Positions 9,606 to 18,802 of a stretch of DNA of 64,000 bases are shown piece by piece (the first letter of the stretch is position 1; each line of letters starts with the position of its first letter). Made by a program: the position numbers and the translations under genes. A model generated the notes under the pieces. The model did not search any database and was not told the origin of the DNA. It was given only the letters and a program-made list of their open reading frames with translations. Source of the DNA: an uncultured Pirellulales bacterium (GTDB lineage Bacteria > Planctomycetota > Phycisphaerae > Sedimentisphaerales > Anaerobacaceae); assembly GCA_964581905.1 (NCBI GenBank), contig CAZOQJ010000001.1, forward strand, positions 21,653 through 85,652. The letters run 5' to 3'.

Positions 9606-11204
9606 ATGATGGAAAAAGACCACAAAAAAAAGGCCGAACCGCTGGTCAGTGTCTTATTGCCGACTTACAACCGGCGGAGCGTTTTGCCTACGGCACTTTC
9701 CAGTGTTGTACGGCAGAACTACAGTAATCTTGAAATTTTCGTAATCAGAGACGGCGGAGAAGATGTAAGCGATATTATCAACTCATTTAATGACCCGAGG
9801 ATTGCTTTTATTGACAGGTCGGAAAATCGAGGCAAGGCCTTCTCACTGAACCAGGCCCTGTTACAAGCAAATGGCAAATACATCGCCTATCTTGATGATG
9901 ACGATTTATATTACCCCCATCATATAGGAACGTTGGTAAATGCCTTGGAGGATGGAAGCAACTGTCAGGTTGCATACAGTGATTTGCACAGGACGTACTG
10001 CCGGATTGGTCCTGATGGCGAGCGAGAGGTTTTAAGCAAGATTCTCGACATCAGCCGGGACTTCGACCGCTTTTTTACGCTTTGTTTCAACCATACGCTG
10101 CATGTAAGTTTGATGCACACCAGAGAGATACTCGAAAAAACCGGCACCTTTAATGAAAAGCTAAATATCCTGATTGACTGGGATTTAACCCGGAGGTTGT
10201 CATTCTTTACCGATTTCCACCATGTCCACGAAATCACTGGAGAATTTTACCACCCTGTTGGGGACTCTGACAGAATTTCAGCTCGGTATCACAAAGAGCA
10301 GGATGAATACGTAAAGAATTTTCTGGCGATACGAACCACCAGACCTCCTAAACCATGGCCGAAAATTAAGGATATGTCCATTATTCTTACAATGGATGGG
10401 CTGAACGAACAAGTGCAGGATACCCTTGTTTCTATCTGGCGACACACCTTCTATCCCTATCAGGTTTATCTGCCGCTGAGGCAGTCCGAATTTGGCAAGC
10501 TCGATATGGAGATACCAAACGTGGTCACTGTTCCGGTGGAGTCTCGGGCGTCAAAGGAGCAAAGCATAGACGCGGCTCTGACCGAATGCGATGGTGATGT
10601 TATTGCCATAGTACCGGCGGCATTTCCAATAAGAAATTTATGGGTGGAGGATTCGCTCTATGCTCTGGTCAATAGCTCCGTGAGCAAAGAGGCCTTTGAA
10701 CTGGAGGATTCAACATACAAACTCTGGGCTGTTATATTAAACAGAGAGGACTTGGATTATGCTCGAAAAAACTTTCCGCACCTGCCCCTTTGTCAGTCTC
10801 TAAAAGCTGCCGGCATTATAATAAGGCGTGTGCTTGCCGAGGAGATTCCGTTTCAGTATGACCAGTTACTTGAGCAGGCCAGAGCCGCAGAAAAAGACGG
10901 GAACTGGTTAAAAGCAGCACAGACATTTGGATATATTGCCGAACATTATCAAAACAAATTGTGGATAAGGACACAGGCCGTGAGGGCTTTTTTCAAGGCC
11001 GGCCTTCATACCCAGGCCGCTCAGCTTGTCCACCAGGTCAATCAACAACGGCCGACGGTGGATACCCTCTTGTTAGAGGCAAGGCTCAATCGGCGAAAAG
11101 ATTGTAAATCAGCAATCGAAATACTCGAAAAGGCGGAACAAATGCTCGAGTTCCCATTTAATCAGGTGTTGCAAAACGACCCTGTATTTAAGGAAAAGAT
11201 TTGA
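9606..11204 (+). CDS. family-2 (GT-A) glycosyltransferase with C-terminal helical/TPR-like extension
   Basis: 532 aa. GT2 signature VSVLLPTYNRRSVLPTALSSVVRQNYSNLEIFVIRDGGEDVS and YLDDDD. Confidence 0.85.
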   Translation: MMEKDHKKKAEPLVSVLLPTYNRRSVLPTALSSVVRQNYSNLEIFVIRDGGEDVSDIINSFNDPRIAFIDRSENRGKAFSLNQALLQANGKYIAYLDDDDLYYPHHIGTLVNALEDGSNCQVAYSDLHRTYCRIGPDGEREVLSKILDISRDFDRFFTLCFNHTLHVSLMHTREILEKTGTFNEKLNILIDWDLTRRLSFFTDFHHVHEITGEFYHPVGDSDRISARYHKEQDEYVKNFLAIRTTRPPKPWPKIKDMSIILTMDGLNEQVQDTLVSIWRHTFYPYQVYLPLRQSEFGKLDMEIPNVVTVPVESRASKEQSIDAALTECDGDVIAIVPAAFPIRNLWVEDSLYALVNSSVSKEAFELEDSTYKLWAVILNREDLDYARKNFPHLPLCQSLKAAGIIIRRVLAEEIPFQYDQLLEQARAAEKDGNWLKAAQTFGYIAEHYQNKLWIRTQAVRAFFKAGLHTQAAQLVHQVNQQRPTVDTLLLEARLNRRKDCKSAIEILEKAEQMLEFPFNQVLQNDPVFKEKI

Positions 11205-11205
11205 T

Positions 11206-11832
11206 ATGGATATTACACAAAACAATACAGACCAGCAGAAAAATACGACCCAGCGTTACGAGGTATTACAAGAACTCGGTGACTGTAATACCTCTGTTGG
11301 TAATTATGAAGAGGCTCAGCGGTGTTATGAAAAGGCAGCGTCGGTGAGTCCTGATGAGCCGGGGCCTTACGTGGGGCTGGGAGTAATTGCACTGCAAAAA
11401 AATCTTCTGGATGATGCGAGAATAGCTTTTAGGGTCGCTTGTCGGCTGGACCCCGATTGCTCTAAGGCATATGCTGGTCTGGCAATGGTCGCGCAGCAAA
11501 ATGGCGACCACAGATCGGCCTTTGACATGTACTTAAAGTCTCTGGAGCTGGACACAGACAATCTGACCGCTCTTTTGGGACTGTTTCAAACCTCCTGCCG
11601 GATGGGTTCATTTGTCCAGGTCACTTACTATCTTGAAGCATACCTGGATATACACCCGGGCGATATTTCCGTCATGTTCACTTTGGCGGCTCTTTATATG
11701 AAAGATAACCGCTTTGAGCAGTCCAAAAAAATTCTCTTGGATATTTTAGCTTTAGTTCCTTCCAATAAAGACGCAATCAATCTTCTCGAAGAGGTGGAAC
11801 ATAAATTAGCTCAAAGAGAAAGTACAGGGTAA
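11206..11832 (+). CDS. TPR-repeat protein
   Basis: 208 aa made of several 34-aa TPR-like units (GNYEEAQRCYEKAASVSPDEPGPYVGLG, SKAYAGLAMVAQQNGDHRSAFDMYLKSLELD). Confidence 0.8.
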   Translation: MDITQNNTDQQKNTTQRYEVLQELGDCNTSVGNYEEAQRCYEKAASVSPDEPGPYVGLGVIALQKNLLDDARIAFRVACRLDPDCSKAYAGLAMVAQQNGDHRSAFDMYLKSLELDTDNLTALLGLFQTSCRMGSFVQVTYYLEAYLDIHPGDISVMFTLAALYMKDNRFEQSKKILLDILALVPSNKDAINLLEEVEHKLAQRESTG

Positions 11833-12141
11833 ATGAGCATTAAAAAAAAACTTTTGTTGGATAAGCTGCAGAATATTTTACAAAGGCAAATAGAGCTGGC
11901 CCGGCAAGGTAATATCGGCGAGGTCGAAGCTTTGGTTGAACAAGCCGGATTCCTCGTGGAAAGGATTTCTGATTTAGAGATTTTAGAACTGCCTGAATAT
12001 AAAAATTACCGGGAAAAATTACAGAGATTGTACAAAGAGTTGTGCCTGATACTTGCTGAACGGAAAACCGGTATTGCTGAAGAGCTAAGCCGGATTCGTA
12101 AAGGCAGAAGGACCGTACAGACCTATCACAGTAGTATTTGA
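11833..12141 (+). CDS. small coiled-coil protein, function unknown
   Basis: 102-aa helical ORF whose start abuts the previous stop (TAAATG). No motif I can name. Could be a chaperone-like protein. Confidence 0.45.
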   Translation: MSIKKKLLLDKLQNILQRQIELARQGNIGEVEALVEQAGFLVERISDLEILELPEYKNYREKLQRLYKELCLILAERKTGIAEELSRIRKGRRTVQTYHSSI

Positions 12142-12221
12142 TTATGAGTTAATCGTTTTAAGGGATGACTAAGAACGTAGAAAAATATTTACCAGATGAG
12201 GAGGACAATTAAAGGGCTGTT

Positions 12222-13430
12222 GTGAAAAAAAATGCAGAACAGAAAATCGAAAAGTTACAGGTTGCACATTTGTCCGGGGTAAGCACGGTTGAATGCGACC
12301 AGCAGGGCAAAGATATTTGTGTCACCGATAATTGCGCCGATTCGGTTGCAATTGGTGTTGAAACACAGGCCGATAGACAGCAAAGGGCAGAGCAGCATAG
12401 AGAATGGAACCCGAGTAAACGGTGGAATCCATTTAACAGTTATAAGCTTCTGTCGCACATTGAAAGATGGAAGAGGATTAAACGCGGCAAGGCCATTCCT
12501 CCACCGGTTCTTGTCACTATCGACCCCACCAATGCTTGTAATTTAAATTGTGTTTGGTGTAATGCTGAATTTGTCAGGGAAAAGCGTAAAAACGCGTTAT
12601 CAAAAAAAGCATTGTTTGAAATTGCCGACTTCATGCCCAAGTGGGGTCAGGGCCAGAGTTGTTGGCAACCAGGTGTAAAGGCAGTTTGTATCGCAGGGGG
12701 AGGAGAACCACTATTACATCCGGCAATCAGCGAGTTTATCGACAGGGTTAATGCAAATGGTATTGAGACGGGCGTCGTTACTAACGGTACTATGATAAAC
12801 AGATTTGTTGATTCTTTGTCTCAAGCAGTATGGGTCGGCGTATCCGTTGATGCGGCAACGAGCGATACCTTTAATAAACTAAAAGGCCTGCCCACTAATA
12901 GCAACGTATTTGACCATATTATTGATAACATTGCGATTCTGGTTGATTACTCCAGAATGCATAACAATAAGTTGGGATGGAAACATCCTGCATATGGGGT
13001 GAGTTACAAGTATCTGCTTTATAAGGACAATATTGGCGAGATTTACGAAGCCACAAAGCTGGCCAAGGAAATAGGCTGTAAAAATATTCATTTTCGGCCG
13101 GCCGGGACTACTTGGGATAAGTTAGGGACGGAAAAGGAGATTGCTTTCAGCAGGGATGAAGTGAAGCTTTTCAATGAACAGATAGTCGAGGCGATGAAAT
13201 TGGATGATGAGAGCTTTGGTGTATATGGTGTTACGCATAAGTTTAATAACCAGTTTGAGCGTGCAAACTATTTTAGCAAGTGCCACGCAATTTTTATGAC
13301 AGCGGTTGTAGAACCGCCGGTTGGGAAGAATCCGCACGAAGATTCCTTTGTTGTTGGATTGTGCTGTGACAGGCGCGGAGACCCGAAACTGGAACTTGCG
13401 CAGAACATTATCGATGTAAACGAAATATAA
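12222..13430 (+). CDS. radical SAM enzyme, possibly interrupted by an in-frame stop (see findings)
   Basis: 402 aa with a GTG start. CxxxCxxC cluster motif TNACNLNCVWCNAEF and the GGGEPLLHP motif. Confidence 0.85.
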   Translation: MKKNAEQKIEKLQVAHLSGVSTVECDQQGKDICVTDNCADSVAIGVETQADRQQRAEQHREWNPSKRWNPFNSYKLLSHIERWKRIKRGKAIPPPVLVTIDPTNACNLNCVWCNAEFVREKRKNALSKKALFEIADFMPKWGQGQSCWQPGVKAVCIAGGGEPLLHPAISEFIDRVNANGIETGVVTNGTMINRFVDSLSQAVWVGVSVDAATSDTFNKLKGLPTNSNVFDHIIDNIAILVDYSRMHNNKLGWKHPAYGVSYKYLLYKDNIGEIYEATKLAKEIGCKNIHFRPAGTTWDKLGTEKEIAFSRDEVKLFNEQIVEAMKLDDESFGVYGVTHKFNNQFERANYFSKCHAIFMTAVVEPPVGKNPHEDSFVVGLCCDRRGDPKLELAQNIIDVNEI

Positions 13431-13624
13431 AAGCTGTGGGGCAGTGAAGGGCATTGGAAGATTCACGATGCAATTGCAGTGGATACGGAATGCCCCCGAT
13501 GCACGTATCAGTCGCATAATGAGATTTATGAACAGGTAATCTTGCTGGATAGTATGACATATAAGTTTATTTGATGGTAAGTATAAAAAACAGGGAAAGA
13601 CAATTTGTACGTTAGGGGTGAAGA

Positions 13625-14044
13625 GTGAAACTATCTGTAGTGGGTTTAGGTAAATTGGGATTATGCACTGCGGCTTATTTTGCGTCCAAAGGGCACAAGG
13701 TCATTGGGGTTGAGAAAAATGAGTGTTTGGTCAGGCAGTTGCAGCAAGGAAGCTGCCCTATCAGGGAAACAGGGTTGGTTGAGCTTTTAGGCATGTCGTG
13801 GGCTAACTTTGAGGTGACGACTGATTTGATGGATGCTGTGTCGCGTTCGGATATTACGCTAATTATTGTACCGACGCCAAGCCGACCGGATGGAAAGTTT
13901 TCCAACGAGTATGTTGAGAATGTACTGTGTGGTATAGGGCAGGTGCTGGGGTCCAAGGCTGATTTTCATGTGGTCGATGTTGTTTCGACTGTTATGCCCG
14001 GATCATGCGAAGGTGTTTTCAGGCCTTTAGTAGAGAAAGGCTAA
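13625..14044 (+). pseudogene. N-terminal fragment of a UDP-glucose/GDP-mannose 6-dehydrogenase-family gene
   Basis: Only 139 aa. Rossmann N-terminus MKLSVVGLGKLGLCTAAYFASKGHKVIGVEKN and STVMPGS. The ORF stops where full-length family members (roughly 390-440 aa) continue. Confidence 0.7.
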
Positions 14045-14049
14045 GGATT

Positions 14050-15183
14050 ATGCAGGCATTTCTGTTGGATGATTTTGAGGTTGAGATTGACCTCAGAGCA
14101 GCCGAAATAGGCGGCTGCTGGGAGGGCGAGCTTCGTGACGGGATACCTATCGCGTGGGGGATGGATGAGTTGCGGTTTTTCTACGAAAGGACATTGGAAT
14201 ACAAATCGCCGGTGATTCTTGATGTAGGTGCAAATACCGGTGCATTTTCTATGCTTGCTGTGATGAATCCAGCTATGAGAAGTTATGCATTTGAGCCTGC
14301 GCCTGTTACTTTCGAGGTTTTAAACAAAAATATATCTCTGAATGGTCTTCAAGACAGGGTTAAGACATTCCAAGTTGCTTTGGCTGACAAGAATGGCACG
14401 GCTTCCTTGAAGCATCCGAAATCAGGGATAGCATCCGGTCTGGCATGTATAGGAAAACCATTACGATTTGATGAGTGGATTGAATTCGAAGTTCCTGTCA
14501 GCACGGTCGATGACGTTGTTGGAGAGCAGGGAATAGACAGAGTAGACTTGATAAAAATTGATACTGAAGGCTGTGAGCTGCTGGTCTTAAAAGGCGCCCA
14601 GGAGTTAATAAGGAAGTGTCACCCTGGCATTCTTTGTGGGTGTCACGAAGTCAATACTAAACAGTTCGGATATCATCCAAGCGAGATAGTCAAGCTGCTT
14701 ACCTCATGGGGGTATAAGCATGCAAAGGTCAGCGTTGAAGATATGTATTTCTATATGCCAAAGCAGGCGCACATTGTAAAACCAACTTTTGGTACGAAAA
14801 ATACGGAAACGGCAGCACAGAGCAAATCAGAGTTATCTGGCGTGCGTAACTGCTCTGAGATGGTCTCTCGTAACCTACCAGCTGGAGTGCAGGAATCTGG
14901 CGTAAGTAAAGGGAGTCATCTTGCTGACAAAATGCAAGAATGGATTGAAAGACTCGCATCATTCCAAAATCGTCTTTATTACCGTGACCAGACTCCTCAA
15001 TCACTCAATGCATTAGTTGAGCTTGTACACCAATACAATCCCACTAAAATTGTGGAGTTAGGAAGGCTCTCGGGCCTTTCGCTGCGAGCATGGCTTTCAG
15101 CTAAAAGCGATGCGGAAATCATTGCTATTGATCGTTCATTCGCGGCACTCCATCGAAGTCAGCAGTATCTTCCTGCTAAGTAG
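14050..15183 (+). CDS. FkbM-family methyltransferase with an appended fragment of a second class-I methyltransferase
   Basis: The ATG at 14050 follows an AAGGA RBS. FkbM motifs ILDVGANTGAFS and LIKIDTEGCELLVLKG are present. The last ~90 aa (NPTKIVELGRLSGLSLRAWL..) look like the start of another SAM-MTase, cut off by the stop. Confidence 0.8.
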   Translation: MQAFLLDDFEVEIDLRAAEIGGCWEGELRDGIPIAWGMDELRFFYERTLEYKSPVILDVGANTGAFSMLAVMNPAMRSYAFEPAPVTFEVLNKNISLNGLQDRVKTFQVALADKNGTASLKHPKSGIASGLACIGKPLRFDEWIEFEVPVSTVDDVVGEQGIDRVDLIKIDTEGCELLVLKGAQELIRKCHPGILCGCHEVNTKQFGYHPSEIVKLLTSWGYKHAKVSVEDMYFYMPKQAHIVKPTFGTKNTETAAQSKSELSGVRNCSEMVSRNLPAGVQESGVSKGSHLADKMQEWIERLASFQNRLYYRDQTPQSLNALVELVHQYNPTKIVELGRLSGLSLRAWLSAKSDAEIIAIDRSFAALHRSQQYLPAK

Positions 15184-15193
15184 GACAAGAGTA

Positions 15194-18100
15194 ATGCTTA
15201 CAGTAATCAGAAAGAAAAAGTATGACAAAATAAATTTTGTTTATAGAGACGAGAAAAGCGTCCATTCTCCCTATATGTATTTCAGAGGCCTCAAAACCGC
15301 TTTAGAGAGAAATGGTTTGCTGTATTATGCCTATGATGTATACGGTAATAAGGCTTTGGATACACAGGCACTCTTAAAATATCCGATTTTATGTATCACC
15401 GGCTCTCATGAGCCGATATTTAATATTGTAAAGATTATCAATAATCAGCAATTTGTTGCGGAAATCAATCCTGAATCTTTACACACAAGGCAGGGAAACC
15501 TGGACAATGCATATTATGATACTGTTAAAGAGAGATTGGATTATTTTGATATATACTTTACCCCCGCAGAAGTTGATTTAGATAGTTATTGGGGTAAGCC
15601 GTCTTATTGGCTGCCGTCATGGGCACATACCGAAATATTAGACGATATATCCGTCCCTGTCTGTGATAAGCTTGGCTTTATTGGGCTGAGGCGCGAAAGA
15701 AGTGATTTTCTTTCGCAGGACAAAAACAAAATCATTTTGGCTGAAAATACAATTCCAAAGAATGATTCTTTAGAAAATGTGGTTGAACTATGCAAATTGA
15801 TAAACAAGTTTAAGATTTTACTGAACCCAGTCAGTGCCAGAGTGATGGCGATGACGGGTAAAACATATGAATATATGGCCTGCAAAAGGATGTGCTTATG
15901 TTATCTGAATGAATCATGGATGTTTAAAACGAAACTGTTCTTTGAAGACAACAGGGATATAGTTTTCTTTGAGACGTTTGAAGAGATGGAGGATAAATAT
16001 AAATATTATATAAATAACGAAAAGCAGTTAAATGAGATATCCTTGGCCGGTTATGAGCATGTACGGCGTTTTCATAACGCTGATTTGAGAGCCAAGCGTC
16101 TGGCAGAAATCGTACTTCATCATGCCAATGGAGGAAAATTCAATCCAGAATATAATGATGTTGAGTCGTTTATAAGTGGGAAAAAGTCAAGACTATCGCC
16201 TGCACTTTCTCAGGCAGATAATAACAAACTAAAAGATTTGACTCCTTTTATGAACGAATATGAAATTAAATCGGTGCTTTGCTGCTTCAATTTATTTAAA
16301 AATTCCGTTAAGGTTCTTGAATGGGGAAGTGGAGACAGCACTGTTTATTTTCCTTCAAAGCTTCTATCGGCAAGTACCTGGGATTCGGTTGAACATAATC
16401 CTGAATGGGCTGCTCGAACTCGGGCGTTGATTGAGGGATACGACAATCCAAATATTCGTGTCCATTTCGTTGGTTGTAACAAGGGGTATCAAGAAGGTAT
16501 CGACGATGGAGATTTCGACACTTTTCGGGATTATATTCTTTTCCCTACGGAGTTGGGCAAAAGATTCCAGATAATTCTCGTCGACGGCCGCGCACGCGCC
16601 GAGTGTATGCAAATTGGTTGGATGCTTCTTGAAGACAAAGGTGTGATGGTCCTCCACGATGCGCAGCGATTCGAATATAACCGCGGCGTACCACCAGATT
16701 GCTTTTACTTGAGAATGACAAATCCTCTCGTCCAAAATGGAGGTCCAATATCAGTTCTTTTTATGAGCAAATCGGCGGATCTGCTCATTAAACTTGCCGC
16801 TACCCTTCGCCGGCAACTGCCAAGGTATATTGAACTGGATGGTCGTTTTGATACATCGCTTTGTACCGCCCAAGAAAGTGCCATCACAGCTCGAGACTTT
16901 CTTGTGCAGGGGGTAGACAAGCTACGGTCAGGAAACAGCGAACAAGCTTTGAGTTATCTCAAACAGGCAAAAAATCTCTGCTCCAACATGCCTGATGTTC
17001 ACTTTGCAATCGCCACGGCGTATGCACAGCTTGGAGATTTACATTCGGCCAGGAAAGCGTGCCAGATAGAACTATCGCTACGTCCGGAAAATGACGGTGC
17101 GAAAAGATTGCTTGGTAAAATCGAGAGAATGGTAAATGTGGTTGAGCCAACATGCAGTAAGCAGTCTGTATCTGAAAGCTTAGAGGATAGCTTCTCAGGA
17201 GATACTACCGTTCAGACTATCGAAGGCCCGGTTTTGCAGAGAAATTCTAATGATAATAATATTAAAATAAGCATAATACTAACGGTCTATCAGAAAGAAT
17301 TTCAAATTGCACAAATTATCAAAGGTATTATTAACAACACTACATCACCTTTCCAGTTGGTTATTGTTTATGATGGATGTACTGATAGGTCAGAACAAGT
17401 CGTTAATCAAACATTGTTGCAAAATAAAGGATTAATGCAGGAGCTTAAAGTAGTTTGTACACCCGATGTTTGCGAATTAATGGCTAATAATACGGGTATG
17501 AAAACTGCCGATGGTGAGTATTGGATTCTTGTGCGGGATGACATGTTAATAACTGAAAAGGGCTGGGAGAAAAGAATCATTCATCCTATGGAGGTATGGA
17601 ACGATGTTTTTTCCGTAAGCGCTAGAAACGCTCATAGCTTTATATGTTCTGCTCCTCCTGAGAAAAAAGTGAGCTATACTTGCACAGAGTTAGCTCAAAG
17701 GGCTGTTTTTAAAATCCGGGATGCAGTCAATCGTGGCCCTTTAGCTCTGAGGGCAAGTACAATGAAAGAATTGAACTATTTTGATGAAGCATACTTTCCA
17801 GATTATTTCGATGATATGGATTTATGTACAAGAGCTTACAGGAAACTAAACAAGGTCAGTGGTGTTTATCATATAGATTGGCAGAATCTAAGGGGCACGG
17901 TAGGGTCTAATACTAACCATGTATTAACCACAACAGGTGATATGCATAAAGACGTTATCAGGAGAAACAGGTATCTTTTCTGGTACCGTTATCATGATTA
18001 TTACAATGGCCGAAACCATGATGAGGACCGAATCCTTGTTTTTGGACCGGCTCGGTCTGCGATTGTCTCTGCGGCTAAAAGCATCGAAGCTATAGATTTG

Positions 18101-18751
18101 TACCGGATAGGTTCCGACTATGGAGGTTGGGCAGTTGATTTGGACCTTGTTTCGGATGGAAGTGTTGTCATCTCTGCAGGTGTTGGTGAGGATATATCTT
18201 TTGATATGGGGCTGATTGCTTTGAAGAAGTGTAGCGTAATCAGCATAGACCCAACTGAAAAAGCCAGAAAATATATCGAAGATAATAAACACCCCAACAT
18301 TAGCTTCATTCAGAAGGCATTATGTGCTCAGAGTGGTTCACAGATAAAAATGTACAAAAACACAAATCCGGAATTCGTTTCTGATTCGATACTGCCTTCT
18401 CACGACAATGTTTCAGATGCAGGTTCTTATACAGTAGGAACAATTAATATCCCTGATATTCTAAGTCAGTGTCCGGATGTTTCTATTTTGAAGATGGACA
18501 TCGAAGGTGCAGAGTACGAGGTCATTAGCTCTCTTGATAGGTTGGATATACCTCAGGTGTGCATAGAATTTCACCATTTTTGCTCAGATTTCACTGAGGA
18601 TGACACAAAGAAATGCATAGAGCGTATGAAAAGACTGGGATATGTTGCAGCCTATGATACTAATCCGCAAAAACCGTTCACCGAATTTACTTTTATACAC
18701 AAAAAGTGTGTAAGCAATAAGAGTCCTGTGGAAATGAATGTGGGAACATAA
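15194..18751 (+). CDS. five-module chimeric glycan-modifying protein: CgeB-like GT / class-I MTase-like / TPR / GT2 / FkbM MTase
   Basis: About 1,185 aa from the ATG at 15194, which is 10 nt after the previous stop. Modules: CgeB/DUF3880-like GT (TGKTYEYMACKRMCLCY..FETFEEMEDK), VLEWGSGDSTVYF, TPR (ALSYLKQAKNLCSNMPDVHFAIATAYAQLGD), GT2 (ISIILTVYQKE..LVIVYDGCTDRS), FkbM (ILKMDIEGAEYEVI). Confidence 0.85.
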   Translation: MLTVIRKKKYDKINFVYRDEKSVHSPYMYFRGLKTALERNGLLYYAYDVYGNKALDTQALLKYPILCITGSHEPIFNIVKIINNQQFVAEINPESLHTRQGNLDNAYYDTVKERLDYFDIYFTPAEVDLDSYWGKPSYWLPSWAHTEILDDISVPVCDKLGFIGLRRERSDFLSQDKNKIILAENTIPKNDSLENVVELCKLINKFKILLNPVSARVMAMTGKTYEYMACKRMCLCYLNESWMFKTKLFFEDNRDIVFFETFEEMEDKYKYYINNEKQLNEISLAGYEHVRRFHNADLRAKRLAEIVLHHANGGKFNPEYNDVESFISGKKSRLSPALSQADNNKLKDLTPFMNEYEIKSVLCCFNLFKNSVKVLEWGSGDSTVYFPSKLLSASTWDSVEHNPEWAARTRALIEGYDNPNIRVHFVGCNKGYQEGIDDGDFDTFRDYILFPTELGKRFQIILVDGRARAECMQIGWMLLEDKGVMVLHDAQRFEYNRGVPPDCFYLRMTNPLVQNGGPISVLFMSKSADLLIKLAATLRRQLPRYIELDGRFDTSLCTAQESAITARDFLVQGVDKLRSGNSEQALSYLKQAKNLCSNMPDVHFAIATAYAQLGDLHSARKACQIELSLRPENDGAKRLLGKIERMVNVVEPTCSKQSVSESLEDSFSGDTTVQTIEGPVLQRNSNDNNIKISIILTVYQKEFQIAQIIKGIINNTTSPFQLVIVYDGCTDRSEQVVNQTLLQNKGLMQELKVVCTPDVCELMANNTGMKTADGEYWILVRDDMLITEKGWEKRIIHPMEVWNDVFSVSARNAHSFICSAPPEKKVSYTCTELAQRAVFKIRDAVNRGPLALRASTMKELNYFDEAYFPDYFDDMDLCTRAYRKLNKVSGVYHIDWQNLRGTVGSNTNHVLTTTGDMHKDVIRRNRYLFWYRYHDYYNGRNHDEDRILVFGPARSAIVSAAKSIEAIDLYRIGSDYGGWAVDLDLVSDGSVVISAGVGEDISFDMGLIALKKCSVISIDPTEKARKYIEDNKHPNISFIQKALCAQSGSQIKMYKNTNPEFVSDSILPSHDNVSDAGSYTVGTINIPDILSQCPDVSILKMDIEGAEYEVISSLDRLDIPQVCIEFHHFCSDFTEDDTKKCIERMKRLGYVAAYDTNPQKPFTEFTFIHKKCVSNKSPVEMNVGT

Positions 18752-18802
18752 TAATTAATTGTATTAATTAGCGTTAGATATATTGATACATAGGTAATAA
18801 TT

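Noticed and set aside
18752-18802. AT-rich palindrome TAATTAAT-TGT-ATTAATTA between the two mega-ORFs as a terminator
   Set aside because: An all-A/T stem would be very weak. It is more likely just AT-rich spacer, and the two genes are probably co-transcribed.
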